A stretch of DNA of 64,000 nucleotides. Origin: a virus (taxonomy: Duplodnaviria; Caudoviricetes). The stretch lies in the IMG/VR virus record IMGVR_UViG_3300037067_005321, positions 32,001 to 96,000 of that record; one strand, written 5' to 3'. The notes under the pieces are model-generated. The model had not been told where the DNA came from. It worked only from the letters and a program-made list of their open reading frames with translations, and did no database searches. The first letter of the stretch is position 1, and each line of letters begins with the position of its first letter. Of the stretch, positions 8,124 to 18,574 are shown piece by piece. A program made the position numbers and the translations under genes.

Positions 8124-9176
8124 TTAAATACTTTCATTAATTATATTACAAATAAATTCAACTTCTTCATCTTTGAGTAAGGGATACACTGGTAAACATA
8201 GAATCCTAGAATAAATATCGTTAGTATTTTTATATCCATTTGCTAGAGGTGTATAATATATTTTAGTTTCTACTCCATTATTTTTTAGATTATTATAAAT
8301 CTTATTTCTAATTTCTTTATTTTCAAGAAGTATACCAAATACAGACCAATTTGTATTACCAACTTTTTGACCAGTACATTCTACTTCTAATAATTCCCAG
8401 TATTTATTTATTATATCTAATCTTCTTTTTTGATTATCTTCAAAGTTTCTAATTGAATTTAAAGCAACAACACAGTGTATCTCAGGAATTTTAGCATACG
8501 TTGTTTCTAATTCCTTGCATACACTAGCTATATCATCATTTTCAGTGAGGATTAGTCCACCTTGTCCCGCAGGTGTGATTTTTGAAAAACTAAGACTAAC
8601 ACATTCAAATATACCTCTATGACCTAAATTTGGCAGATTCCATCCATGAGCAGCATCAATAACTATAAACTTACTATTCTTTTTATCATCTTCTGTTGGT
8701 AAAAATTCATTTCCAAATGTATCTACTGCTAATAGAATATCTGAAGTATATCTAGCATCTTGAAAATTAACTAACCAAGTATCTTTATCTATATCACAAA
8801 ATTCTTTATTATCTATATCAAAATTACAATCTACCGAATAGCTTGAACTATACCAAGTAAATGCTGGAACTGTAACTGAGTTCAGTTTATATCTTCTATT
8901 ATATTCACCTAAATCTATTTCTTTTCTTAATAGTGCTGATGGAACTTGAAATTCTTTACTATATAATTCTTTTAATGCTCTAAATCCTAATATTAAAGCT
9001 GAGGTACAAGTATTACAAGCAACTACATGTTTAACACCAGTTTTCTCTTTAACTATATTTTCTAATTGCTCTGTGAAATTTCCGTTTGCAACTTTACCAC
9101 TCTCAATTATATTCTTTATCTCTTGTAATTCAAAATCTGATAAAACTGTATTCGTTTTACTGTAAGGTATTTTCAT
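8124..9176 (-). CDS. DegT/DnrJ/EryC1/StrS-family sugar aminotransferase
   Basis: VPAFTW, IDAAH, SFSKITPAGQGG, ILCLPVYP. Confidence 0.85.
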   Translation of the reverse strand: MKIPYSKTNTVLSDFELQEIKNIIESGKVANGNFTEQLENIVKEKTGVKHVVACNTCTSALILGFRALKELYSKEFQVPSALLRKEIDLGEYNRRYKLNSVTVPAFTWYSSSYSVDCNFDIDNKEFCDIDKDTWLVNFQDARYTSDILLAVDTFGNEFLPTEDDKKNSKFIVIDAAHGWNLPNLGHRGIFECVSLSFSKITPAGQGGLILTENDDIASVCKELETTYAKIPEIHCVVALNSIRNFEDNQKRRLDIINKYWELLEVECTGQKVGNTNWSVFGILLENKEIRNKIYNNLKNNGVETKIYYTPLANGYKNTNDIYSRILCLPVYPLLKDEEVEFICNIINESI

Positions 9177-10083
9177 TGTAATTACTCACTATATCTAAAA
9201 GTTCTTTCATTTTAATATCCCAAGTATATTCTTTTAACACTCTATTTCTGCCATTTATCCCAATCTGAATTCTTTCTTCTTCAGTTATGGAATTCAGCTT
9301 TTCAACTAAATCTTCTTTACTTGAAAAATAAACTATTTCCTCACAATCTTTAAAATACTTATCTAAAGTATTAGTAGTATCTAAATGAAAAGTACAAGTA
9401 CCACAAGCTAGATATCTAACTAGCCTATTACTAAAATAATCTTTTTTATTATTAAAAGTATTAAGTGATAACATGTAAGTTGAACTAGAACAAATCTTAG
9501 CAAAGTCTTCTTCCACTACTTCATTATCAGAATATCCACTACCATATGTTTTGACATCAAATTTATTAAGTCTAAGAAAATCTATATATTCATCTCGTTC
9601 TTTAGTCTTAGTTCCAATAAAAGAAATATCTACTTTATCTTCTTCAAAAATATCTATAGGTTTAAAGATATCAGTATCTACACCCTGAATAAGATGATGG
9701 CAATTATTAACATATTTTTTTATATCTGGATCTGTATACGATGAAAAATTAGCTAAATTCATTTGTTCTATAACTTCTGAACAGTTTAATAATGTTTCAA
9801 GCGGGTCCATAAAGAATAAAAATGTTTTAGTATATTTGTTACATTCAGACATTATTCTTGGATCAGTATTATTGTGTTTGCAAAATATAGTTAAATATGG
9901 ATTTTGCTCTTTGATTGTATTAATTAGATACTCATAATAAAATTCATGTCCATATTTTGATATAAGTGATCTATAATTTATCGGTATTATATCTAAACTT
10001 AGGTTAATCAATGATTTAGCCATTGGGATTTGTGTAGAACCTTTTTTATCTAGAACACCAACTATACAAATTTTATTATTCAT
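9157..10083 (-). CDS. CgeB-like GT-B glycosyltransferase (Glyco_trans_1_2)
   Basis: GVDTDIFKP, DISFIGT...R, YFSNRLVRYLACG, GRNRVLKEYTW. Confidence 0.82.
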   Translation of the reverse strand: MNNKICIVGVLDKKGSTQIPMAKSLINLSLDIIPINYRSLISKYGHEFYYEYLINTIKEQNPYLTIFCKHNNTDPRIMSECNKYTKTFLFFMDPLETLLNCSEVIEQMNLANFSSYTDPDIKKYVNNCHHLIQGVDTDIFKPIDIFEEDKVDISFIGTKTKERDEYIDFLRLNKFDVKTYGSGYSDNEVVEEDFAKICSSSTYMLSLNTFNNKKDYFSNRLVRYLACGTCTFHLDTTNTLDKYFKDCEEIVYFSSKEDLVEKLNSITEEERIQIGINGRNRVLKEYTWDIKMKELLDIVSNYNENTLQ

Positions 10084-11014
10084 AAATACCTATATTATTC
10101 CATCTATCATATACTTGTTTATCATTAACTATATTTTTTAGTATATTATATAATTCTTTAACTCTATATTTATCTAAATGATGTTTCTGTATTATATTTA
10201 AAGCATTTCTTGTTATTCTATAAATTTCTTTCTTATTCATAGAATATATATCTTTAATTACATCTATTAAATTATTACAATCAGAAGTATATTCTAAGTA
10301 TACTTCTTCTTTACCAAATAATTTTTCTTTTTGTTCTATTTTCGTAGTCAAACACAGTGTTCCACAAGACATTATTTCATATATTTTTGTGGGTGCTTTG
10401 TATAAAGGAGGAAAAGAGCAGGATAAAGCATAATTATATCTTTTTATTGTATCAAAATATAAATCATATCCTATCTCACCAATATAATCAATCATATCAT
10501 TTTGTTCCAATAGTTTCAAAGCTTTTTGTCTAGTAAAATAATATTTATTATTACTATATCTTCCACTACCTACAAATGTTAAAAAGTTAATTCTATTATC
10601 AAGATAATTTGAATCTATATCTATTAATATTTTATCTTCATCCACTGAAAAAGGCAGCCAAACTGAAGGAACTGAATCTGTAATATTTGAATATCTACTT
10701 ATTACAAAATCTATACCATTGTTTATATACCAATTTTTATCATCTAGATCCCAAAAATCTATGTCTATTACTACTTTTGGTATAGTGACACTTTTTAAAT
10801 CAAAATTAAAAAATCTACTTATTGGATATTCTGGAAGTAATAATATATTTGGGTTAACTTCTCTTATTAACGAATTTATATTTTCTAAGTTAGTATGTAT
10901 ATATACATCACAATATTTTCTTAACTTTTTAATAAAGTCAATAGTTGATCTTCTATTAAACGCTAAATTCTGCTTACCATCATGTATATATAATATCTTA
11001 ATATTATTATTCAT
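10076..11014 (-). CDS. GT-B glycosyltransferase (Glyco_trans_1_2-like)
   Basis: WLPFSVD, KIYEIMSCGTL, IQKHH...R. Confidence 0.75.
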   Translation of the reverse strand: MNNNIKILYIHDGKQNLAFNRRSTIDFIKKLRKYCDVYIHTNLENINSLIREVNPNILLLPEYPISRFFNFDLKSVTIPKVVIDIDFWDLDDKNWYINNGIDFVISRYSNITDSVPSVWLPFSVDEDKILIDIDSNYLDNRINFLTFVGSGRYSNNKYYFTRQKALKLLEQNDMIDYIGEIGYDLYFDTIKRYNYALSCSFPPLYKAPTKIYEIMSCGTLCLTTKIEQKEKLFGKEEVYLEYTSDCNNLIDVIKDIYSMNKKEIYRITRNALNIIQKHHLDKYRVKELYNILKNIVNDKQVYDRWNNIGIYE

Positions 11015-11819
11015 AAAATATACAACTAGTTATTGCACCGATATTTTTTATTAATGATGTAAAAAGTAAATTATATTTATTATCAAATAAAGAGAGAAAT
11101 CCACTATGTATACAATCATATTTAAAATTTCTTAAATATCCACAAATACATATATAAGAGTCATTAATACAAAAATCATAAAGTGTATAATCATTACTAA
11201 AATTGATAATAATAGTATTATTTAATAATAATGCTGGTTTTAAATTATTAATTGTATCTGTATTGCATAAAGAATAAATATCATCATTATATATTTCTAC
11301 TCTAGAAGAATTATATCCAACATTTATTCTTTCTATTTCATTTAGATCAAAATCTAATTTAATAATACCACATTCAGAATTAGTTCTATTTGATAAAGAT
11401 CCTACATTTAAATATATATTATCCTTATATTTAGATATATCATTTATATAAATTAATGAATCATTATCACCTTTTATAAAATATCCAAAATCTTTTACCA
11501 ATACAATATTATTATATTTTTTATCTATAGATATTATTTTGTTTCCTTTACTAGAACATACTAATATAATATCCTTGCTAATAGTTACATCTCTTAAAGA
11601 AATAGTGTTATAATCTAAAAACAACTTATTTACTATTTTAAGATTTTTATCAAATTTATGTATAGTGTAATTAGATACTACATATAATTCATTATTATAT
11701 AATGATAAACCATTTATACTTTCATTATTTGTATTAGTAGAATATAAGAAAGATATTTGTTTTGTATTGGTATCAAAGTTATATATTTCACCAATACTTG
11801 TTCCTAATATAATTTTCAT
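11007..11819 (-). CDS. Beta-propeller-like hypothetical protein in glycan island
   Basis: Repeating short beta-strand blades; no catalytic motif recognised. Confidence 0.4.
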   Translation of the reverse strand: MKIILGTSIGEIYNFDTNTKQISFLYSTNTNNESINGLSLYNNELYVVSNYTIHKFDKNLKIVNKLFLDYNTISLRDVTISKDIILVCSSKGNKIISIDKKYNNIVLVKDFGYFIKGDNDSLIYINDISKYKDNIYLNVGSLSNRTNSECGIIKLDFDLNEIERINVGYNSSRVEIYNDDIYSLCNTDTINNLKPALLLNNTIIINFSNDYTLYDFCINDSYICICGYLRNFKYDCIHSGFLSLFDNKYNLLFTSLIKNIGAITSCIFYE

Positions 11820-12364
11820 TATTTCTTCTCAAAAAAGAAGTCCCAATTATTGTGATGAAATCCAATCTGCTTATTAATAGAAAAAGTCATGACCGCTTTC
11901 CTTACTTCACACTCACAAGCATATTCATTCTTGTAGTCATGTCCTGATAAGTACCCACCAACTTTAATTTTAGGCCAATATAACTCTAAATCTTTCTTCA
12001 CATATTCAAAACGATGGTTGCCATCAACATAACATACATCTATAGAATTATCTTTTATTTGACTAGCTACATTTTCTGATAAATCTAATATCCAAGTAAT
12101 TTTAGATTCATATGGTTCTAATAACTTAAATGCTTCATCTTTACATCTTATCCCATCTTTTGCTGCTAATACACCATCACCTAACATATCCCCATATTCA
12201 ATAAAAGGATCAATAAGTATTAATTCCTTTATATCAAGATAATTAAGCATACAAAAAGCATTTTTACCTGATTCTACGCCTATTTCAATTATAGTGAGAT
12301 CTTTTCTATCTATTATATGATTGAAAAAAGGACGATCCAATAACCATTCATTTTTAGTAAACAT
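11819..12364 (-). CDS. Class I SAM methyltransferase (Methyltransf_24-like)
   Basis: EIGVESG, DVCYVDGNHRFE.V..D, GG.LSGHDY. Confidence 0.85.
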   Translation of the reverse strand: MFTKNEWLLDRPFFNHIIDRKDLTIIEIGVESGKNAFCMLNYLDIKELILIDPFIEYGDMLGDGVLAAKDGIRCKDEAFKLLEPYESKITWILDLSENVASQIKDNSIDVCYVDGNHRFEYVKKDLELYWPKIKVGGYLSGHDYKNEYACECEVRKAVMTFSINKQIGFHHNNWDFFFEKK

Positions 12365-12365
12365 A

Positions 12366-12947
12366 TTATCTCTTTCTTAAAATTAGTTCTATTCCACACT
12401 CTGTAGTTGGTAATAAAGTTTGATCTTGTCTTGGTAAATTTAAATAAGTATGATTTAGAAGTTCTATTTTTTCTACTGAAATAATATCTGATAGTTTATC
12501 TATTAATTCTAAAATATTTATAGATTTTGCTCCTACACAAGATATATATTTATTAATTGTAAATGTCCATATATGATTCTTATTAAAAGTACTAGGAAAA
12601 ATACCCTGTTCATAAAGATCTTCATCTGGTACTATAATTACTAAATAACCTCCTGATTTTACTACTCTTATCCAATTACATATTGCTATCCAGAAATCTT
12701 CCATATGTTCTAGACAATGTGAACTATGAAGAAAATTATATGAATTATCTTCTATATTTAATAAATACTGAGCATCACCATTTTCTTTATCATATGAATC
12801 TATACTTTCAACTAATGGAAAAAGTTCTTTATATTGTGATAAAGGATCAGAGCCACAACCAACATCTATACCTTTACCTTTAAAATATAATCTTAGAAAG
12901 TTAGGATTTGATAATCTCCGCATTAATGACTTGCTGCACTCGTGCAT
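12366..12947 (-). CDS. Class I SAM methyltransferase (type 11-like)
   Basis: GIDVGCG, SSHCLEH, VVKSGGYLVIIVPD. Confidence 0.85.
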   Translation of the reverse strand: MHECSKSLMRRLSNPNFLRLYFKGKGIDVGCGSDPLSQYKELFPLVESIDSYDKENGDAQYLLNIEDNSYNFLHSSHCLEHMEDFWIAICNWIRVVKSGGYLVIIVPDEDLYEQGIFPSTFNKNHIWTFTINKYISCVGAKSINILELIDKLSDIISVEKIELLNHTYLNLPRQDQTLLPTTECGIELILRKR

Positions 12948-13694
12948 CTAACCCTCTCTTATCTTTCTTCTATATTCTATTATTGGTTCACCATATTTAC
13001 CATAATATTTATGACAGTTTTCATCATCAATTCCTCTCCATTCTCTTTCTCTTTCAATATTTATATTTCCAATAAAAACAGGAATATTATTCTTATTAAG
13101 AATATATTGAAGTTCCTGATGTGGATTCCAGAATGGAAATGGAGGCATTTCTATTTTTTTTACTTCTTCTATTCTATTACAATATATATCCATATTTTTA
13201 GAAGAACTAAAAGCAAAGAAATCATTTAGTCCACCACCATTATTGGATGCTGGAATAAATATACAACTATTATCTAATTTAGATAAATCATCCAATGGTT
13301 CATTAATATATAAATCTGCTCTACTTCTAATAACCCAATCATACACAAAACCGTTTCGTTTCTCATAATCAGATTTTAAATCATTAGCTCTTTTAATAAA
13401 ATAATACTGTCGTAATACAGCTAAATTAGTACATTCCTCTCCCATTTCTGCTATATGCCTAATATAGGGCATTGGTCCTCTAGCAATAGAATATAAATAT
13501 TCTAAACTAGGATCTTTTGTTAATTCAAGTTCTGTAAAATCTATTTTAACTTTATAAAAATTATCAAGAGAAGAATCATTAGCAAATGAAATAAACACAT
13601 CACAATTATTTGGTTCAATTATATTCTTTACAAACTTATACCAAGTTTTATCTATTCCTCTAGCTTGACCACTTAAACATAATGCAACCCTCAT
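12948..13694 (-). CDS. Putative glycosyltransferase (ALCLSGQ.R family)
   Basis: MRVALCLSGQAR, YDWVIRSRADL, LNDFFA motifs typical of viral GT-like proteins. Confidence 0.6.
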   Translation of the reverse strand: MRVALCLSGQARGIDKTWYKFVKNIIEPNNCDVFISFANDSSLDNFYKVKIDFTELELTKDPSLEYLYSIARGPMPYIRHIAEMGEECTNLAVLRQYYFIKRANDLKSDYEKRNGFVYDWVIRSRADLYINEPLDDLSKLDNSCIFIPASNNGGGLNDFFAFSSSKNMDIYCNRIEEVKKIEMPPFPFWNPHQELQYILNKNNIPVFIGNINIEREREWRGIDDENCHKYYGKYGEPIIEYRRKIREG

Positions 13695-13707
13695 TTACTA
13701 TTTCCTT

Positions 13708-14718
13708 TCATATAAAACTAAAATAATCTTTACTAATTAAATCTTTCATTATTAAATCATATCTGATATATCTACAATCATATAAATTACACTTATTTGG
13801 GTCTATATTTGATATTTTATATTTATGCTCCGCAGATCCCCATATAGACTCAAATGATTTTTCAAATATATTTCCAATCTTCATTTCATCAGGTCTATGT
13901 CTATAATAACAACAGATATAAATATCTCCATAGTAATCAATTAAAGTTTGGATAGTTGATATTTTACATTCTTTATCACATTTAGTAAAATGATCAAAAT
14001 CAATAATTATTTTAGTATTTTGTGGAGTTATACTATCAATAATTTCTTTTATATATTCTTTTTTTCCAAGATCTAAATTTAATGATGAATTAGCTACAGA
14101 TTTAAATTGTATTGAATAAAAACCAACATCATCTGCTATTCTTATAGCTTGTTTTATATCACCACTATAAATATTTGATGTAATTGTATATTTATAAGAA
14201 ACTTGTAGCTTTTCTGGTTTGTCTTTTATAAATTCACTTATATTTCTTAATATATGATTAAAATAATCTGAACCTTTTATTCTCTTAAATTCTTGTGCAG
14301 ATCCTGACTCAAAAGATACTCTAATAAAAGAACAATTGAAAAGAAGTTTATATAATTCTGGTCTAAGCCTTTTATTTATTAGTAATCCATTAGTAACTAA
14401 TCCTATTTTAAATCCTAATTTAAATGCATACTCTAAAAATTCTTCTATTGTTGAAAGCATAAGAGGTTCGCCGCCACCAGATAGTCCTATTCCTTCTACT
14501 CCTATATTTTTACAAGTATCAAGTATATGTTTCCACTCACTAATACTAAGTTCTTTCTTTGGTCCAGAGTTAAGTTCTTTATAATCACAAAAAGTACAAT
14601 TAAACTGACATTTATTAGTTGGATATAATGCTAAGAATCTAGGATATGTAAAAATACCTTTATTTAAGTCCTTTATTTGACTATAATAGCTCAGTATTCT
14701 ATTATCAAATTCTAACAT
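13708..14718 (-). CDS. Radical SAM protein with SPASM/twitch domain
   Basis: CQFNCTFC, SGGGEP, GDIYICC...IGNI....F..IW. Confidence 0.85.
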   Translation of the reverse strand: MLEFDNRILSYYSQIKDLNKGIFTYPRFLALYPTNKCQFNCTFCDYKELNSGPKKELSISEWKHILDTCKNIGVEGIGLSGGGEPLMLSTIEEFLEYAFKLGFKIGLVTNGLLINKRLRPELYKLLFNCSFIRVSFESGSAQEFKRIKGSDYFNHILRNISEFIKDKPEKLQVSYKYTITSNIYSGDIKQAIRIADDVGFYSIQFKSVANSSLNLDLGKKEYIKEIIDSITPQNTKIIIDFDHFTKCDKECKISTIQTLIDYYGDIYICCYYRHRPDEMKIGNIFEKSFESIWGSAEHKYKISNIDPNKCNLYDCRYIRYDLIMKDLISKDYFSFI

Positions 14719-15767
14719 TTTCTTTGTCTTTCTATAGCATCTATTATCATTTCTACTGTTATACTACTCATGCAACTGTTTTCCTTTTTACATTTATCAA
14801 GATAATAACACTCACATTTTTCTACAGGTTCTATTATTTCTCCTAAACCATATAAATAAAATTCATTCTTATTAAAAACATTATTCATTAGTACTATTCG
14901 TTTTTTTAATCCTATTGCTACATGTAAAGCTGAAGTAACTTGTGTAACTATTAAATCACAATTATCTACTAAATTTATAAATTTATTATAAGTTCCATAC
15001 CCTAGATATTTAGCACCACTTAAATCAGATATAACTTTATTAATCTTATCTTCTCTTTCTCCACCAAGAAGAACAACTTCATATCCAGATTCTAGTAATT
15101 TTCTAGATAAATTCTTCCAATTATGTATATCCCAACATCTTGTAGACCATCTTTGTCCATAACCTGTATTTAGTCCTATTACATATTTTGATTTATCTAA
15201 CCAAACTTCTTCTTTTTTAAAAGAAGGTAATATATATTCTTCCCCATTAAACGGTTCTATAAAGATAATATCAAATATTTCTTCTACATAATGTTTAGAA
15301 TTTTCCTTGCTAACTCTATCAAATACACCAGTTTTATATTTATGAAATGCTGATGGTGTACAAACTACAACACCATTTTCTAATCTAAAACCTATCAAAT
15401 TTCTAGACTTTAAACTTTGAGCAAAAGCACAAACTGACATTTCCTTATCTAAATTAATAATAAGATCAAAATTAATATTTCTAAGTATTTCAATACTTTT
15501 AAAATTATAACTTAAACTTTCTATATTATCTGGTAATACCTCTGAATGATTACTTAACCAATAAATCTTAGGATTTTTATATATAGAGAAGAACCTGTGT
15601 AAAATTGGTGTAGTTCTAATTATATCACCAATACCATCTAATTTAACTATCAAAATTCTAGTATCTATTTCTGCATAATAGTTGCAAGAATAACACTCAT
15701 ATCCAAATTCTTTATTATATTTACAAGGTGAATATCCTTTAAAATGAATACAATTAGTTTTTATCAT
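14712..15767 (-). CDS. GT9 ADP-heptose:LPS heptosyltransferase-like protein
   Basis: ILIVKLDGIGDIIRTTP, IGLNTG.G.RW..R.W, VT..TSALHVAIGL; Cys-rich termini. Confidence 0.85.
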   Translation of the reverse strand: MIKTNCIHFKGYSPCKYNKEFGYECYSCNYYAEIDTRILIVKLDGIGDIIRTTPILHRFFSIYKNPKIYWLSNHSEVLPDNIESLSYNFKSIEILRNINFDLIINLDKEMSVCAFAQSLKSRNLIGFRLENGVVVCTPSAFHKYKTGVFDRVSKENSKHYVEEIFDIIFIEPFNGEEYILPSFKKEEVWLDKSKYVIGLNTGYGQRWSTRCWDIHNWKNLSRKLLESGYEVVLLGGEREDKINKVISDLSGAKYLGYGTYNKFINLVDNCDLIVTQVTSALHVAIGLKKRIVLMNNVFNKNEFYLYGLGEIIEPVEKCECYYLDKCKKENSCMSSITVEMIIDAIERQRKC

Positions 15768-17293
15768 TACATAAGTTCTTTCAATATTTGGTTATCTTCT
15801 AATAAAATATTATCACTTACTTTTTTAGTAGTATATCCTTTGAAACACCACGCTTCTAAAGGCTTACAATCTTGGCAAACATCTTTATAAATTACTTCTT
15901 GTATATTGTTTGTAATAACTTTATAAACACCAAATAATTCTGCATCATGCCAAGAAATTAATCCACCATCTTTAACTATAGGATAATAATTAATAGTATC
16001 ACTATTTACACTATTAAAATCATGTCCACCATCAATATAACAAAAATCTACTTGTTCTTGTATATCTTTTATAGCATCATCTGATGTTTTTTCTATCCAA
16101 ATTATTCTATCTTTATACTTCTCTAATTTCTGATATGCTTCTTTTTTCCACTCAATTACATTTTTAAAGTGAGCATAGTCAACATAAGAATCAACCAAAT
16201 ATAACTTCTTTATATCAAGATTTTCTAATATATTTAGAGCATTAGCACCATCAGATACACCAATTTCTATACCTATTAAATCTTTTTTATCTCTTAAAGT
16301 TCTCAAAGATGGCCTGTTAATTGTATCTGGTATTGGCCTTTCATTAAAACATCCTGCTTTCTCTAATTCATATAGAAATGCTGCTATATCAGACATAATA
16401 GTATCTGCATCTATGGCTCTATAATCTGTAACATATCTAAATGAACAAGGAACATTTCCTCGATTGTAATGGGAAATGTGTCTCTCACGTTCATGTCCAA
16501 TTATATAGGAATTACAACCACTTAACATAGATACTGATGTTAAAAAAGATTGGCTAGAGATGGAGCAAACTGAATTATTTAAATATGCTATTATCTTTTC
16601 TAATTTATCCTCACCATTGTAAGATATCAGGTTTATAACATCATTTGATTCAGGATAATCAGCTAGACATGCACCATTAGGTGTACCACCCAATACTATT
16701 AGGAAATCTTCTTTTAATCTATCTACTACTTCTTTCCATACGTATACGGGAACATTCCTATTACTAGCTCTTTCTCTATTTCTAGGAAATATACATATTA
16801 TAGGCTTATTAAAATTTACTATTTGTAAATCTGATTTATACATAGAGAATATCTGTGGCATATTATCAATAATATGATTACAACCACGCGGAGTAAAAAA
16901 TTCTACCGTATTCTCAGAAGTATAATCGTAAAATTGTCTTATATATTCTATAATATCTGAATAAATATCTGGTGGAGTAAGACTACCAGCAGGAGATCCC
17001 TTTTCTACTAATTCATAACAATCTCTATCAAATCTGTCTGAATATACAAACTCAGGTAATGGTAACATCAAATAAGCAAAATCTGAAACAAGACAAGATA
17101 CAGACATATCCATAAATAATATAAATTTATAATCAGGATATTTTTCTTTTTTTAGGAATCGCAGATGCCCAAAAAATTCTTGTATTCCCCACCCAAATTC
17201 ACCGCAAAAGAAACTAACAAATATCTTTTCATCTTTAAGTTTATTTTTTATTTCTTCTGGAGTTCCTTTTTCAAATTCTATAGTTTCAATCAT
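15767..17293 (-). CDS. GT-B-like domain fused to Methyltransf_24 domain
   Basis: N-terminal GEFGW...FPR.R...RN.P...W; C-terminal EIGVSDG, DFCYIDGGH, GG...WHD. Confidence 0.72.
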   Translation of the reverse strand: MIETIEFEKGTPEEIKNKLKDEKIFVSFFCGEFGWGIQEFFGHLRFLKKEKYPDYKFILFMDMSVSCLVSDFAYLMLPLPEFVYSDRFDRDCYELVEKGSPAGSLTPPDIYSDIIEYIRQFYDYTSENTVEFFTPRGCNHIIDNMPQIFSMYKSDLQIVNFNKPIICIFPRNRERASNRNVPVYVWKEVVDRLKEDFLIVLGGTPNGACLADYPESNDVINLISYNGEDKLEKIIAYLNNSVCSISSQSFLTSVSMLSGCNSYIIGHERERHISHYNRGNVPCSFRYVTDYRAIDADTIMSDIAAFLYELEKAGCFNERPIPDTINRPSLRTLRDKKDLIGIEIGVSDGANALNILENLDIKKLYLVDSYVDYAHFKNVIEWKKEAYQKLEKYKDRIIWIEKTSDDAIKDIQEQVDFCYIDGGHDFNSVNSDTINYYPIVKDGGLISWHDAELFGVYKVITNNIQEVIYKDVCQDCKPLEAWCFKGYTTKKVSDNILLEDNQILKELM

Positions 17294-17325
17294 TAATTAT
17301 AACCTTTCTATTGTTTACTTTCTAT

Positions 17326-17373
17326 AATATAAACATTATATACTATTTGTCAAGGGGTAAAGTGAAAATAATT
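17326..17373 (-). promoter_or_regulatory. Promoter of the glycan island (16-bp-spacer family)
   Basis: TTGACA-N16-TATATT; 29 bp (17345-17373) identical to 39105-39133. Confidence 0.7.
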
Positions 17374-17382
17374 TAAATTATT

Positions 17383-17769
17383 TTATAAATTATCCTTAAC
17401 ATATCTCTTATGATATGCATTTTTTGCACCTAAACATACTCCATAATACATTGGGTATCTAATATATACTGGTTTATTTCTAACAGTCATAGCTTCAAGA
17501 AATACTTTATTACTTATCTCAAAAGATACTATAGGAATACTATCTATTCTAAAAATGTAATCATGTATTACTGCTTCTCTATGTGCTCTATCACCAAATA
17601 AAGAATATATAATTGGAAGTCTGGGGACACTAGCAAAATCAGTTTGAAAATCTACTGGAACTTCAATTCTTCCTACTAAATCAGATTCATAAATTAATGG
17701 AGCATCTAAAATCCAGATCTTATCATTATCTAAAAGAGTTATTTTTAACTGAGTTAAAAATCTTGCCAC
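17383..17769 (-). CDS. DUF1353-family protein
   Basis: VP..F.TDFASVPR, AVIHDY, FLEAM; usual neighbour of lysis genes. Confidence 0.8.
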   Translation of the reverse strand: MARFLTQLKITLLDNDKIWILDAPLIYESDLVGRIEVPVDFQTDFASVPRLPIIYSLFGDRAHREAVIHDYIFRIDSIPIVSFEISNKVFLEAMTVRNKPVYIRYPMYYGVCLGAKNAYHKRYVKDNL

Positions 17770-17861
17770 TATTTATCAACTTCTTTTTTCTTCTTTAATC
17801 TCAAAATTTCTAATATAAGAGTAACTAGTGTTATAGCTTTATCAATAGGTATTCTAGCCAT
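17769..17861 (-). CDS. 30-aa peptide MARIPIDKAITLVTLILEILRLKKKKEVDK (not in ORF track)
   Basis: Fills the gap between holin-like and DUF1353 genes, overlapping both. Confidence 0.4.
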   Translation of the reverse strand: MARIPIDKAITLVTLILEILRLKKKKEVDK

Positions 17862-18072
17862 TTTGTACTTCCTTTAGCTCTTTTTCTCTTTTAGATGCTC
17901 TCCACTTTCCATATATAGCAATGCCAATACCTGCAAGAGTTATTATAACATTTATAAGACTTGCTTGTTCCTCAGAACTGAGTTCTATACCACATAAATT
18001 AAGTATTTGTGGTACTAGAGCTATAACAAGACCACTATATGTAATCTTACCCTGTAATATTTGCTGGCTCAT
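17854..18072 (-). CDS. Putative holin
   Basis: 72 aa, two hydrophobic segments, AIYGKWRA plus basic C-tail; next to endolysin. Confidence 0.6.
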   Translation of the reverse strand: MSQQILQGKITYSGLVIALVPQILNLCGIELSSEEQASLINVIITLAGIGIAIYGKWRASKREKELKEVQNG

Positions 18073-18085
18073 TTAATATCACTTC

Positions 18086-18553
18086 CTATAAATATAATTT
18101 AGCTATTAATTTTTCACTTTCTAAAAATGAAAGTATTATATCAAAATCTACTTCTTCAAAATTTACATTTATTAATTCACCAGATAAAGTTCCTGGTTGT
18201 ATAATTTCCATAGCAGCAATAACTTTAGGTGAGAATAATTTTAATTTAGCATTAATATAATTAACTGCATCAAGATATGTTAATTTAATATTATCTCTTT
18301 TAACTGTATTTATATCATTTTCTATACTATTTATTACTTTTATAATATCCTTTGCAGATATTTCTTTACCTTCTAAACCAGCTACTGTGCCTATTTTTAT
18401 TATTTTACCTACTTTATCTAAAGTAACTCCTTTTTCATTCGCTATTTTTGATAAAACAGAATTAGAAGTATCTGTATCAACCAAATTTACAGAGTTTAAT
18501 GAGCAACTAGCACAAAATATTAAAGTTGCTATTAATATAATTAATTTATACAT
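18086..18553 (-). CDS. Putative lipoprotein (lysis accessory/spanin-like)
   Basis: Signal MYKLIILIATLIFCASC with lipobox-like Cys. Confidence 0.5.
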   Translation of the reverse strand: MYKLIILIATLIFCASCSLNSVNLVDTDTSNSVLSKIANEKGVTLDKVGKIIKIGTVAGLEGKEISAKDIIKVINSIENDINTVKRDNIKLTYLDAVNYINAKLKLFSPKVIAAMEIIQPGTLSGELINVNFEEVDFDIILSFLESEKLIAKLYL

Positions 18554-18574
18554 ATTTATTCTCCTTTTATATAA

